Below, one piece after another: positions 20,160 through 30,003 of a stretch of 64,000 nt of DNA. The stretch comes from Phormidium sp. GTDB lineage: Bacteria; Cyanobacteriota; Cyanobacteriia; Cyanobacteriales; Aerosakkonemataceae. Within the stretch, counting starts at the first letter, position 1, and the number at the start of each line of letters is the position of its first letter. The stretch lies in the NCBI GenBank assembly GCA_051013385.1, contig CP143273.1:896001-960000 (forward strand), in the 5' to 3' direction. The notes under the pieces are model-generated. The model was not told the DNA's origin and ran no database searches. It worked only from the letters and a program-made list of their open reading frames with translations. The position numbers were made by a program, and so were the translations under genes.

Positions 20160-21347
20160 TTACCAGCCACTAGTCCCAAAGTATGTGAAAACCGATTGTG
20201 CCAGTTGAGGGTACTGTTCCCAACTTAAATTAATCGCCTCTTCCACCCCAAACTCATACCGCATCAAAGGATTCGCCGCAATTAAAGCCGCATGATCTAA
20301 TCGCTGTTTTTCCAATCGCCGCAACAACTTAGCCAATGACAAATTCGGCTGTAAATCGAGATAACGTCCTACTAATTCCAACGCCAAAGGCAAATATCCC
20401 AAAAACTGACAAAGACTTCTGGCAATCTTTGGTTCTTGTTTCAGTCGTTCTCTACCAAGAATCGATTTTAATAACCGCATCGCCGCCAAAGGTTTGAGCA
20501 CATCCAACCGTAACTGCTGCAAAGTTGAATCAAACTGAAATCGCGTCGTCAGCAACACTTTAAACCGAGATGATTTTGCTAAAAAAGGTTTAACTTGTTG
20601 TTTGTAATCAAACACATCATCAAAAATAAACAGCACTTCTCCCGGATGCCATTTTGACCAACAATACTGCAACTTATCTGCTAATTCCCAATCATCAGGA
20701 GGAACAATATTAAATTGAATTTCCGCAAATCTGAGAATTTGCAGTCCCGCCAAAAGTCCCTGCGCGTTTACCCAACAAATCCCACCGGGATAATCTAATA
20801 AATGTTGTGTGGCATATTGAATCGCTAACTCTGTTTTCCCTACTCCCCCCATCCCGTTAATCGCCGCAATTACCACTTGGCTATTTTTTTGTAAAAGTTG
20901 GTGTAATTCTGTTAGTTGTTTGTCTCTTCCGACAAATTCGATGGAGTTGCTGGGAGGGATGTTTTCGGGAGATCTTGCACCAAGGGAGGTGGAACCTCCC
21001 AGATCCTCGTTCCCAGGTTCAACCTGGGAACGAGAAATGGAGGCTCTGCCTCTTGGTGCAATATCTGAGTTTTCGGGAGTTGATGCCGCTTGTCCCTCGT
21101 TAAGAATGGGGGTAGTGGCTGTAGATTGTTCGTCTGTGGTGATTTCTTGCCAATCTAAACCCAGTTTCTCGCTAAATTCGACGAAATTGAGGTAATCTAC
21201 AGCTTTGCCGTTAAAGAACTTGCTAGCGGTAGCATAAGCTATTCCTGTGTCCGTTGCGAAAGCTTGGACGCTGGGAAAGCCACACCGTTTTAGGGCTAGT
21301 TTAACTTTTTCAATATGTTTTGGGGCAACTTTTAGCGATCGCGCCAT
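20160..21347 (-). pseudogene. HTH-NB-ARC (STAND) protein truncated before its C-terminal repeats
   Basis: N-terminal HTH-like region, FVGR, GMGGVGKT P-loop, IFDDV Walker B, LGYLPLAL; ends abruptly after LSWEQ in an inverted-repeat region. Confidence 0.75.
20972..21068 (-). mobile_element. MITE inserted in frame within the NB-ARC gene
   Basis: Ends TCAGATATTGCACC..GGTGCAAGAT; core CTCGTTCCCAGGTTCAACCTGGGAACGAG; flanked by GTTTTCGGGAG at 20961 and 21069 (108 nt apart). Confidence 0.8.
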
Positions 21348-21563
21348 AACCAGATTTTCAGGGAATTAGTTATATTTTGGCATTGTTTGAGCGATCGGCC
21401 CAACTCCAGAAACCCAGAAACCCGGTTTCTCGAAGAAACCGGGTTTCTTTTTACCTAACCCAGCAAAGTTATACACAAGTTATATAAACGCATACATTTG
21501 TTAGTTTTAAACGCATTTACCAACCGAGTTTGATGATTTTAGAACATTAAACAGGTTAAAAAA

Positions 21564-21704
21564 ATGAAAGTCAATCAAAAGCAAAGCCGGGATATTATCA
21601 TTTTTTTAGTAACAACAATTGTCGGATTTATCGATCCGAGTTTTTGCACAGGGTTGCAAGTCTGCATATTAGTTTGGCAGTTGTGGGAAAATTGCGATCG
21701 CTAA
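21564..21704 (+). CDS. Putative small hydrophobic protein (46 aa)
   Basis: MKVNQKQSRDIIIFLVTTIVGFIDPSFCTGLQVCILVWQLWENCDR*; divergent from the NB-ARC gene. Confidence 0.35.
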   Translation: MKVNQKQSRDIIIFLVTTIVGFIDPSFCTGLQVCILVWQLWENCDR

Positions 21705-21848
21705 TCTCCCCATTAAAAAACCCGTGAGTGAGAAGAGAAGATTGGGCGGTTGAAACCGCATCTACACAAACGAAGTCCGCCTTCGCGGACTAAAAGTTAA
21801 GTTGTTGAATTGGTAGAGTATGGATAGAGGTTTTTGGAGGATTAATTT

Positions 21849-22088
21849 ATGTTGGGTTTCGATCGCATTACGTTTAATCCTAAAATTATGGCAGGTCAAG
21901 CTTGTATTCGGGGAATGCGAATTCCGGTTTCTTTAGTCGTAAATTTAGTGGCTAATGGTAAAACAGTAGCGGAAATTTTAGAGGAATACCCGGATTTAGA
22001 AGCAGAGGATATTCGTCAATCTTTGCTTTATGCGGCGTGGTTAACTCAAGAACGAGTTTATACCTTTACAACTGTTGAAAAAGTCTGA
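21849..22088 (+). CDS. DUF433 antitoxin-like protein
   Basis: RITFNPKIMAGQACIRGMRIPV..EILEEYPDLEAEDI. Confidence 0.88.
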   Translation: MLGFDRITFNPKIMAGQACIRGMRIPVSLVVNLVANGKTVAEILEEYPDLEAEDIRQSLLYAAWLTQERVYTFTTVEKV

Positions 22089-22450
22089 TGAAGTTTTTAG
22101 CAGATATGGGGATTTCACTACGCACAGTTGCTTGGTTGCGTAGTGCTGGTTATGATATTGTACACCTGCGGGATGAGGGATTACAAAGACTACCGGATGA
22201 GGAGATTTTGATTAAAGCCCGTACTGAAGGGCGAATTTTGTTAACTGTAGATTTAGATTTTGCTGAACTTTTAGCCGTGAGTGGTGAAATTTTACCGAGT
22301 GTGATTTTGTTCAGATTGGGAAATGAGAATTATCAGACTATTAATGAACGGATGACTGAACTTTTAAGTCAATGTCATCAAGATTTAGAGGCAGGTGCAA
22401 TTATTTCTGTGAGTAATGAAAGGTACAGAGTGAGGCGATTACCGATATAA
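22088..22450 (+). CDS. DUF5615 PIN-like toxin
   Basis: MKFLADMGIS..DEEIL..RILLTVDLDF; coupled by TGATG to DUF433. Confidence 0.85.
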   Translation: MKFLADMGISLRTVAWLRSAGYDIVHLRDEGLQRLPDEEILIKARTEGRILLTVDLDFAELLAVSGEILPSVILFRLGNENYQTINERMTELLSQCHQDLEAGAIISVSNERYRVRRLPI

Positions 22451-22519
22451 GTAAAAACTGGACTGGCACAAGTGGTACAAACTTATGTACCATTTGTAGC
22501 AGTCCAATCTTTGAAAGTA

Positions 22520-22592
<73 letters not shown>

Positions 22593-22633
22593 GTTTTTCA
22601 CCCGCTTAACTACTATAACAGACTCTCAAAAAA

Positions 22634-23266
22634 ATGCCAAGTGGTAGGACGCACGATCGCATAACTTTATGGATATTACCTGTAGTGGCTGTTCTGACGT
22701 TCGGACTGACCCAAAGTGGTTCTCTCACGTTGCTAGTCTCCGGGGGTTTTTTGTTTGGTGGGCTGATGTTTGGGCCAGATTTAGATATTTACTCGCGCCA
22801 ATTCCAGCGTTGGGGCTTTTTGCGCTGGATATGGATTCCTTATCAGAAAAGTCTGCGCCATAGGTCATTTTTATCGCATGGGCCGATTATTGGGACGGCG
22901 TTGCGATCGCTCTACCTCACCCTTTGGATTATTATCTTAGGCGGATTGGTAATTTTAATTGCTGATTTGTTCGGAGTAGAAACTACTGGCTGGAAAAGTA
23001 GCACTAAGTTAGCCTTAGCCTCTGTCTCACAATATAAAGCTGAAGGAATCGCTTTATTGCTGGGATTAGAATTAGGCGCAATGAGTCATTCTTTGTCTGA
23101 CTGGGGTGGTTCAGCGGTGAAGCGTTTCAAAAATAGTAAGTCTAAAGCAGCTTTGCCACAGTCGTCTAGGGTACAAAAGCGATCGTCCTCTAAACTCCCC
23201 AAACCAAAAATAGAGAAACAAACCACGAAGACACGAAGAACACGAAGTAAAAGAAGCGGTTCGTAG
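22634..23266 (+). CDS. DUF2227 putative metal-binding membrane protein
   Basis: MPSGRTHDRIT, FGPDLD, HRSFLSHGP, SHSLSD. Confidence 0.85.
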   Translation: MPSGRTHDRITLWILPVVAVLTFGLTQSGSLTLLVSGGFLFGGLMFGPDLDIYSRQFQRWGFLRWIWIPYQKSLRHRSFLSHGPIIGTALRSLYLTLWIIILGGLVILIADLFGVETTGWKSSTKLALASVSQYKAEGIALLLGLELGAMSHSLSDWGGSAVKRFKNSKSKAALPQSSRVQKRSSSKLPKPKIEKQTTKTRRTRSKRSGS

Positions 23267-23319
23267 TACGTTGTTGCGCTTCAGCGCTAGATAAGAGCGC
23301 TGAAGCGCAACAACGTACT
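23265..23319. repeat. Long palindrome GTACGTTGTTGCGCT..AGCGCAACAACGTAC (probable bidirectional terminator/REP)
   Basis: Lies between convergent genes; near-identical copy at 47402-47453. Confidence 0.8.
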
Positions 23320-23322
23320 GTT

Positions 23323-24327
23323 TTACTTGACGAATTGGGGCATAATTTCTGCTGCGGTAAATAAGCCGTAAATACTTCTTTGATTTAAGGCTATTCCAGC
23401 TTTCAGATAACCGAAGGCGGGGCCACACACATTGGCTGCCATGCTGGTTTCATCGCCTAAAGTGAAGGTATGGGTGGAAGTTTTGCCTTCAAAGGTTCTT
23501 CCTGTGATTTGAACGTTGGTGCTCAGGGGTTTTTTCGGGTTGCGGGTATCGACGACTCCGCCGACGGTGACGCGATCGCGCGGACAAATTCCCGCTAGTT
23601 CCAGCATAATATCGTCAGCGTGCTCCATATTTTCTAAAGCTAAAATGCCGTTAGTTTCATCCAGTAACGCTTCTACTTCGGCATCGCTCATCGCTACCGC
23701 CTTCTCTACGTTGTAACCTGGAATATGGGCGATATCTTCCCGAATTGTCGCCCGATAAGCTTCCCAGTTAGCAATTCCCACGCCAAAGGTAATTTTTACA
23801 GAGTGAATTTCGGCATAACTTTGTGCTGCTAAAGCTGCTGCTGCGGTTAACAACCCTGGAGTTGCACCACATCCAGCCATGTAAGTAATCCCTGCTGCTT
23901 GTAAACTTTCTTTTAATTGCAGCATTTGTTCCACTGCACTGGTACGCTTGAGAGCATCGACTAAAACTCCGCGCCAACCAGATTGAATGATTTCCTTGAC
24001 TACAGAAGCCATAAAAGTATTCGGTAGATTAGGTAAGGCGAGGAAGTACCCATCTACATCTGCTTGGGTGATTAACTCAGAAATACTGTTGTTGCTTAAA
24101 GTACCGCCTGCTTCTAAGTAGCCGAGAGAACCTTGTGCTTGGTAGGTGGTGATGCAGGTATCGGGATTTAAACCTCTCGGGTCGTAAGCATAACCTTTTT
24201 TATCTGCCGCTGCTACCCAAATCATTTCCTGCTTGGGGGCGAGTATTCTAGCGGCTGCTTGTCCTAAGCCACCAAAACCGAGTACTCCTACACGAATCGG
24301 GCTTGTGAGTTGTTGTAGATTCATCAT
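23323..24327 (-). CDS. bioU: BioU, NAD(P)-dependent biotin-pathway enzyme
   Basis: [44 protein letters not shown]. Confidence 0.8.
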   Translation of the reverse strand: MMNLQQLTSPIRVGVLGFGGLGQAAARILAPKQEMIWVAAADKKGYAYDPRGLNPDTCITTYQAQGSLGYLEAGGTLSNNSISELITQADVDGYFLALPNLPNTFMASVVKEIIQSGWRGVLVDALKRTSAVEQMLQLKESLQAAGITYMAGCGATPGLLTAAAALAAQSYAEIHSVKITFGVGIANWEAYRATIREDIAHIPGYNVEKAVAMSDAEVEALLDETNGILALENMEHADDIMLELAGICPRDRVTVGGVVDTRNPKKPLSTNVQITGRTFEGKTSTHTFTLGDETSMAANVCGPAFGYLKAGIALNQRSIYGLFTAAEIMPQFVK

Positions 24328-24781
24328 TCTTAACCTTAAATTTAAAGACGACCTTTAATTATCGAGCCATTTAGCTTAGGTGAGAGTTATTGAAAAATTT
24401 TATTAATATCATGTTTGTTGTCTATGTAACAAATCTTATTATATATTTAGTGTAAGTGTTGAAATAAAGACACTATATATAGTGGCTAAACGATTGAGGG
24501 GGCCAAAGACAGTACTGATGGTCAGAGAAGAATCAACGTTTTTCCGGCTGGGAGGTCTGTCTGGGGGTATCTTGACTGCTCTTGCAAGTTAAGCGAAACT
24601 GTCAAATAATTGAGGGATTAATCGCGTAAATAATAAGTTGTGTTGCGCTTTGATTCGATTTGCCTATTTAGGTAAAGTGAGTTAAAGACGAAATTGTTAG
24701 CTTCTCGATCGAGAAGCTGCGATCGCACTTTTTAAGTGCTATTGCTGAGTTCAATGAGTTATGTAGGTTACAACCAAGAGC

Positions 24782-24991
24782 ATGGAAACACTAGAGTTTA
24801 TCATTTATCCCGATGGGCGAGTAAAAGAAAAAGTTACTGGCATTATAGGGAATTCCTGTGCTGAGGTTACTGCTGCGATCGAAGCTCAACTTGGACAAGT
24901 ACTAAGTCAGGAGGAAACTTCTGAGTATTTTGCTCAAGTGTTAGAGCAATCAAACACAGCAACGACCCAAGCGACTTTTAGTGAATGGTAA
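24782..24991 (+). CDS. DUF2997 family protein
   Basis: METLEFIIYPDGRVKEKVTGIIGNSCAEVT; first gene of a conserved triad. Confidence 0.85.
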   Translation: METLEFIIYPDGRVKEKVTGIIGNSCAEVTAAIEAQLGQVLSQEETSEYFAQVLEQSNTATTQATFSEW

Positions 24992-25035
24992 GTTGTTTTT
25001 TTGCAAATTTTACTTTGTTTTAATCATCAGAAACT

Positions 25036-25422
25036 ATGTCACACTTTAGCCAAATTAAAACTCAACTCCGTAACCTTGTCTCCCTGGAAACTGCTTTGAC
25101 AGATTTAGGGATTGATTGGAAATCTGGCCCTTGTCCGGTGCGTGGTTATCGCGGTCAAACCATTAATGCTGAAATTGCGATCGAGCAGGAAAATGGTTAC
25201 GACATTGGCTTTAGATGGAATGGCAACGAATATGAGTTAGTTGCCGACTTACAGTATTGGCAGCAACCCATCTCTGTAGATAGATTTTTAAACAAAATCA
25301 CTCAGCGTTATGCTTTCCAAACTGTATTAAATGAAACCGCTAAACAAGGTTTCCAAGTTGCTGAACAACAAAAAAATGAAGATGGTTCGATTCGCTTAGT
25401 AGTACAACGCTGGAGGGGCTAA
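25036..25422 (+). CDS. ycf35: Ycf35/DUF1257 protein
   Basis: MSHFSQIKT..YELVADLQYWQQ..DGSIRLVVQRW. Confidence 0.88.
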   Translation: MSHFSQIKTQLRNLVSLETALTDLGIDWKSGPCPVRGYRGQTINAEIAIEQENGYDIGFRWNGNEYELVADLQYWQQPISVDRFLNKITQRYAFQTVLNETAKQGFQVAEQQKNEDGSIRLVVQRWRG

Positions 25423-25874
25423 TGTCCGACTTTTCTCCGGGATTAGGAGATGATGGCGGCGTAGCTCGATCGGGCCTAGAACCAGAGTTAGGTGGTTTTC
25501 TCAGAAACGATCCAGAACGCTCTGGTTTTGAGCCTGAACTTGGTGGTGTACTCCGACAAAAGGGTGTTTATGTAGATGAGATTACCTGCATTGGTTGTAA
25601 GCATTGCGCTCACGTTGCGCGTAACACTTTTTACATAGAACCTGATTATGGTCGATCGCGAGTAGTTCGGCAGGATGGTGACTCGGAAGAGTTGGTTCAA
25701 GAAGCAATTGATACTTGTCCTGTCGATTGTATTCACTGGGTAGACTACACAGAGTTGAAAAAACTGGAAGCAGAACGCCAGTACCAGGTAATTCCAATGG
25801 CTGGGTTCCCAGTAGATCCGGCAATGGTTACTGCCAGAAGCCGTCAACAAAAGCGCAGGTCAAAAAAGCACTAA
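25422..25874 (+). CDS. Ferredoxin (3Fe/4Fe-4S type)
   Basis: VYVDEITCIGCKHCA..AIDTCPVDCIHW. Confidence 0.88.
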   Translation: MSDFSPGLGDDGGVARSGLEPELGGFLRNDPERSGFEPELGGVLRQKGVYVDEITCIGCKHCAHVARNTFYIEPDYGRSRVVRQDGDSEELVQEAIDTCPVDCIHWVDYTELKKLEAERQYQVIPMAGFPVDPAMVTARSRQQKRRSKKH

Positions 25875-25915
25875 ATTTGGTTTTTCATGCTTTCTTGGTT
25901 GCAGATTATACTGAT

Positions 25916-25941
25916 AAAGGCTGTTTTGAGCAGCCTTTTTT
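25916..25941 (+). terminator. Intrinsic terminator
   Basis: AAAGGCTG-TTTTGAG-CAGCCTTT followed by a T-run. Confidence 0.65.
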
Positions 25942-25977
25942 GTTGAACGCAGAAGGGAAGAAAGGCAGAAGGTTAAA

Positions 25978-26193
25978 CTCAGATTTTGCAGCAATGGAGG
26001 TAGAACCTCCTTTCACCTCGTTCCCAGGTTGAACCTGGGAACGAGAAACAACGAGAAACAGGCTTTTTGAAGGCTCCAAGGCAGAAGGGCAGAAGGGCAA
26101 AAGGGCAGAAGGAAAAAGGTTTGGTTGATCTCGTTCCCAGGTTCAACCTGGGAACGAAAAACAGAGGCTCTGCCTCTTGGTGGCAGATCTCAG
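25978..26193 (+). mobile_element. Composite MITE (two CTCGTTCCCAGG..CCTGGGAACG cores plus GCAGAAGG repeats)
   Basis: Starts CTCAGATTTTGCAGC, ends GGTGGCAGATCTCAG; first ~80 nt nearly identical to 42148-42228. Confidence 0.75.
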
Positions 26194-26271
26194 TTTTAGG
26201 AATTGGGATAAGATAACGTTGAAAGAGTAAAAACTAAAATCTAAAATCCAAAATCTAAAATCTAAAATCGA

Positions 26272-26553
26272 ATGGCTATTAGTTTTGCAATGCGAGTTTC
26301 AGTGCCGGAAGATGTTTTAATTCGGGAATTAGATGGGGAATCGGTGATTTTAAACCTGAAGAGTGAACATTATTTTGGTTTGGATGAGGTGGGGACTCGG
26401 ATGTGGGAAGTGCTTTCTACTTCGGAAACGATCGCAGCTGCATATCAAAGTTTATTATCAGAATATGATGTAGTTCCTGAGCAGCTAGAAACCGACTTGT
26501 ATAATTTGCTTCAACAGTTGGTAGAACATGGGTTGATCGATGTCAGCAATTAA
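26272..26553 (+). CDS. Lasso peptide B1: PqqD-family RiPP recognition element
   Basis: ELDGESVILNLKSEHYFGLDEVGTRMWEVL..LLSEYDV..LVEHGLI. Confidence 0.92.
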   Translation: MAISFAMRVSVPEDVLIRELDGESVILNLKSEHYFGLDEVGTRMWEVLSTSETIAAAYQSLLSEYDVVPEQLETDLYNLLQQLVEHGLIDVSN

Positions 26554-27004
26554 TAATTGGCGGAAGTTAAAATCACTTTCTTGGTCAGAACTAATGCTAC
26601 TGATACAGGCGTTGTTGTTACTGCCATTGGTAGCTTTTGGGATAAAATGTTTTGGGTTTAGACGGTTGTATGGAGCGATCGCTAATCTTAACCGCAGGAA
26701 AGATAAAGTGCAAGAGAGAGAGGGAATTAAGCAAGCTAGGGCGGTGGCTAAATTAATAGAAATTGCTAGCAGACATGGTTTATATAAACCTAATTGTTTA
26801 CAGAAATCTTTGCTGCTTTGGTGGTTATTGCGGCGACGAGGTATAGAAAGTGAATTGCGAATTGGTGTTAGAAAAAAATCAGGACTTTTAGAAGCTCATG
26901 CTTGGGTAGAATATCAGGGTTGTGTTTTGAACGATCGCAGCGATGTTGACCAACATTTTGCGCCTTTTGCTGGGGCAATTCTACCAGTTGAGGTAAAAAT
27001 ATAA
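26540..27004 (+). CDS. Lasso peptide B2: transglutaminase-like leader peptidase
   Basis: PNCLQKSL (Cys), LRIGVRK, EAHAWVE (His), VLND. Confidence 0.92.
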   Translation: MSAINNWRKLKSLSWSELMLLIQALLLLPLVAFGIKCFGFRRLYGAIANLNRRKDKVQEREGIKQARAVAKLIEIASRHGLYKPNCLQKSLLLWWLLRRRGIESELRIGVRKKSGLLEAHAWVEYQGCVLNDRSDVDQHFAPFAGAILPVEVKI

Positions 27005-28854
27005 TGAGCGGTATTGTCGGGATAATTAATCGGGATGGAAAACCAATTAACCCTGATTTATTGCAGCGAATGACTGACTTTATTAGCTATAGAGGGCCTG
27101 ATGCTCAACAAATTTGGGTTGATGGCAATGTGGGTTTTGGTCATGCAATGCTACGAACTACTAAAGAGTCTTTAGAGGAGAAACAACCTTTTAGTTTAGA
27201 TGGGATTTGGATTACTGGTGATGCCAGAATTGATGGTCGAGAGGAGTTAATTGAAAAGTTAAAGATTAATGCGGTAACAGATGTAGAATTGATTTTGCGT
27301 GCTTATCAAGTTTGGGGGGAAGATTGCGTTCAATATTTGTTAGGTGATTTTGCTTTTGCGATTTGGGATGAAAGAGAGCAAAAGTTATTCTGTGCTAGAG
27401 ATCATTTTGGGGTGAAACCTTTTTATTATGCAGAAGTTGGGAATTGTTTAATTTTTAGTAATACGCTGAATTGTGTGAGAGTGCATCCTGATGTTTCGGA
27501 TGAATTGAATGAATTGGCGATCGCAGATTTTTTATTATTCGGTTATAACCAAGAACCTACTACAACTACTTTTGCCGATATCCAACGTTTACCACCAGCA
27601 CATTGCTTAACGTCATCAAAAGAAAGCTTACAAATTAAACGTTACTGGACATTGCCCACTGATGGTTTTATTAGGTACAAACGGGCAGAAGATTATGTGG
27701 AAAATTTTCAAGAGTTAATGGAAAAAGCGGTTAGTGACAGACTGCGAACAAATCAAATTGCTGTCTCGATGAGTGGGGGAATGGACTCTACAACTATAGC
27801 CGCTACAGCTTGCCAATATCTACACAAACAAGGCGATATTTTTGATTTAAGAGCTTTCACCGTTGTCTATGATAAATTGATTCCAGATCAAGAACGTTAC
27901 TATTCGGGGTTGGTAGCAGAAACTTTGGGGATTCCGATTCATTACTTGGTTGCTGACAGTTATACTTTGTTTGGACAAGTAGAACAACCCTTGTTGCAAC
28001 GTCCCGAACCTAGTAGTTTTTCTTGGTTAGCAATTGTTGCAGACCGCTTACAAGAAATTGCGGCCTATAGTAGAGTTCTATTAGATGGAAATGGTGGCGA
28101 TCCAGTTTTTTCTTCTTGGGGTGCTTACTTTTATTTTGCTCATCTAGTGAAAAACTGGCAATTCGATCGCGCGATCGGAGATACGGTTGAGTATGTTGTC
28201 TCTCATAAAAGACTACCCCAACCGGGAGTGCGATCGCGCCTGAAGCAATGGTTAGGTATTCGCCCTCCGCTACCTGCCTATCCCAAGTGGATAAACTCTG
28301 ATTTTTCGGCTAAATTGGACTTGCCTGGAAGATGGGAACAGTTTTATCGGGAAAAACCGCTAATTCATCCAATCCGTCCAGAGGCATATCAACAGCTTAC
28401 CAATTCAGGTTGGCCTTATCTGTTTGAAAATAATGATCCAGGAGTAACAAGTTTGCCTGTGGAGGTACGATATCCCTTTTTTGACCTGCGTCTGGTAAAT
28501 TATCTATTGGCAATTCCACCAGTTCCTTGGTGCTTGCATAAAGAACTGATGCGGGTGGCGATGAAGGGTATTTTACCGGAGTCGGTGCGGATGCGTCGGA
28601 AAAGTCCCTTGTTGGCAGATCCCACAACTGCACTTTTGCAGCAAACTGGAACGCAAGCGATCGATCGATTTGAAGCTGCACCAATGTTAGCTAAATATGT
28701 CGATCGAAATACTATATCGTTAGTTTCAGGAACAGAACAGGGTGCAATTGAAGCCTGGATTAATCTGCAACCATTGAATCTCAACTATTGGTTACAAAAT
28801 CTGGCTCTAGTTAACCATAAATCAGCAAAGGATAAACAATATGAATTCCAATAA
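27004..28854 (+). CDS. Lasso cyclase (asparagine synthetase-like, C protein)
   Basis: MSGIVG (no catalytic Cys), RGPD, ARDHFGVKPFYY, SMSGGMDST ATP-binding motif, EVRYPFFDLRLV. Confidence 0.92.
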   Translation: MSGIVGIINRDGKPINPDLLQRMTDFISYRGPDAQQIWVDGNVGFGHAMLRTTKESLEEKQPFSLDGIWITGDARIDGREELIEKLKINAVTDVELILRAYQVWGEDCVQYLLGDFAFAIWDEREQKLFCARDHFGVKPFYYAEVGNCLIFSNTLNCVRVHPDVSDELNELAIADFLLFGYNQEPTTTTFADIQRLPPAHCLTSSKESLQIKRYWTLPTDGFIRYKRAEDYVENFQELMEKAVSDRLRTNQIAVSMSGGMDSTTIAATACQYLHKQGDIFDLRAFTVVYDKLIPDQERYYSGLVAETLGIPIHYLVADSYTLFGQVEQPLLQRPEPSSFSWLAIVADRLQEIAAYSRVLLDGNGGDPVFSSWGAYFYFAHLVKNWQFDRAIGDTVEYVVSHKRLPQPGVRSRLKQWLGIRPPLPAYPKWINSDFSAKLDLPGRWEQFYREKPLIHPIRPEAYQQLTNSGWPYLFENNDPGVTSLPVEVRYPFFDLRLVNYLLAIPPVPWCLHKELMRVAMKGILPESVRMRRKSPLLADPTTALLQQTGTQAIDRFEAAPMLAKYVDRNTISLVSGTEQGAIEAWINLQPLNLNYWLQNLALVNHKSAKDKQYEFQ

Positions 28855-29005
28855 TCAAACATTCTCCAAAAAAAGCTATCACAGCCCTAAATTAGTTATT
28901 TACGGTGATATCCGTCAACTAACAACTAGTCAGAACATATCCACACCTTACAGGGATGCGGCTGCGATTACAGATTTCCCTAGTAACAAGACGACCTTTT
29001 CTTGA
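28841..29005 (+). CDS. Lasso peptide precursor (A), 54 aa
   Basis: MNSNNQTFSKKSYHSPKLVIYGDIRQLTT-SQNISTPYRDAAAITDFPSNKTTFS*; leader matches YxxPxLxxxGxxxxxT; overlaps the cyclase stop; absent from the ORF track. Confidence 0.9.
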   Translation: MNSNNQTFSKKSYHSPKLVIYGDIRQLTTSQNISTPYRDAAAITDFPSNKTTFS

Positions 29006-29044
29006 GGTAAAAGACAGCCACCTAATCAGTACCACAATAAACTA

Positions 29045-30001
29045 GTGTTTTCTTATTATGTGTATGGTCTACAACTGCATTCTGATAAAATAATTCCGGG
29101 GTTAGTGCCTTTACAAACTACCTCTGAAGTAGATGTTAGGGTGTGGTTAGATTTGATGCCATCTTGGTTGGATGAAACTATCCAGCTGGCAGAAGGGAAA
29201 AGGGTAATAGAATTGCGGGATGGTGCTTATCTGCGAATTACTTATGAAGATGGTACCAAATTCATTGTTGAGCGATCGGGCAAAGAAATTTGGGCAACTT
29301 GGCCCGATAATTTAACTTTAGAAGATACCGCTACCTACCTGCTGGGGCCAATTTTAGGCTTTGTGTTGCGTTTGCGTGGTGTTGTTTGTTTGCACGCCAG
29401 CAGCATCCAAGTTGCCGATAAGTGTATTGCTATAGTTGGCGCAGCAGGTGCGGGGAAATCTACAACGGCTGCGGCTTTTGCGAAAGCTGGTTTTGCCATC
29501 CTATCAGATGATGTTGTACCACTTGTGGAACGGGATAACTGTTTTTTGGTACAACCAGCTTATCCGCGTGTGCGCCTGTGGCCTAACTCGGTAGAGATTT
29601 TGTACGGGATGCCGGATGCTTTGCCTTGTTTGACACCGAACTGGGATAAACGTTATTTAGATTTAACTCAAGAGGGTTTTCAATTTCAGCAGCAACCTTT
29701 ACCTTTAGGTGCTATTTATATTTTGGGCGATCGCACTACAATTTCAGAAGCTCCTTTTCTTGAAGTTATGCTTGCTCATCAAAGTTTAATTGCCTTAGTG
29801 ACAAACACTTATGCTAATAGTTATTTGGATAAAGTAATGCGTGCTCAAGAATTCGATTTTTTAAGTCGAGTTGTGACAAATGTGCCAATACGAAAGGCGA
29901 TTTCTAACACTGATCCAGCCTATCTGTCAAAGTTTTGCCATATAATTTTAAAGGATTTTCAGGTAATCGATAGTAGTGATAAATCACCAATTACCAATTA
30001 G
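29045..30001 (+). CDS. HPr-kinase-like lasso peptide kinase
   Basis: CLHASSI, GAAGAGKSTT Walker A, ILSDD; directly follows the precursor. Confidence 0.85.
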   Translation: MFSYYVYGLQLHSDKIIPGLVPLQTTSEVDVRVWLDLMPSWLDETIQLAEGKRVIELRDGAYLRITYEDGTKFIVERSGKEIWATWPDNLTLEDTATYLLGPILGFVLRLRGVVCLHASSIQVADKCIAIVGAAGAGKSTTAAAFAKAGFAILSDDVVPLVERDNCFLVQPAYPRVRLWPNSVEILYGMPDALPCLTPNWDKRYLDLTQEGFQFQQQPLPLGAIYILGDRTTISEAPFLEVMLAHQSLIALVTNTYANSYLDKVMRAQEFDFLSRVVTNVPIRKAISNTDPAYLSKFCHIILKDFQVIDSSDKSPITN

Positions 30002-30003
30002 CA

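Noticed and set aside
25715..26100. ORFs 25715-26032 and 25906-26100 as possible lasso precursors
   Set aside because: They derive from the ferredoxin overlap, terminator and MITE sequence and lack the YxxPxL..T leader; the real precursor is at 28841-29005.
27004..28854. Primary-metabolism asparagine synthetase
   Set aside because: It lacks the N-terminal catalytic Cys and is flanked by B1, B2 and a precursor, so it is a lasso cyclase.
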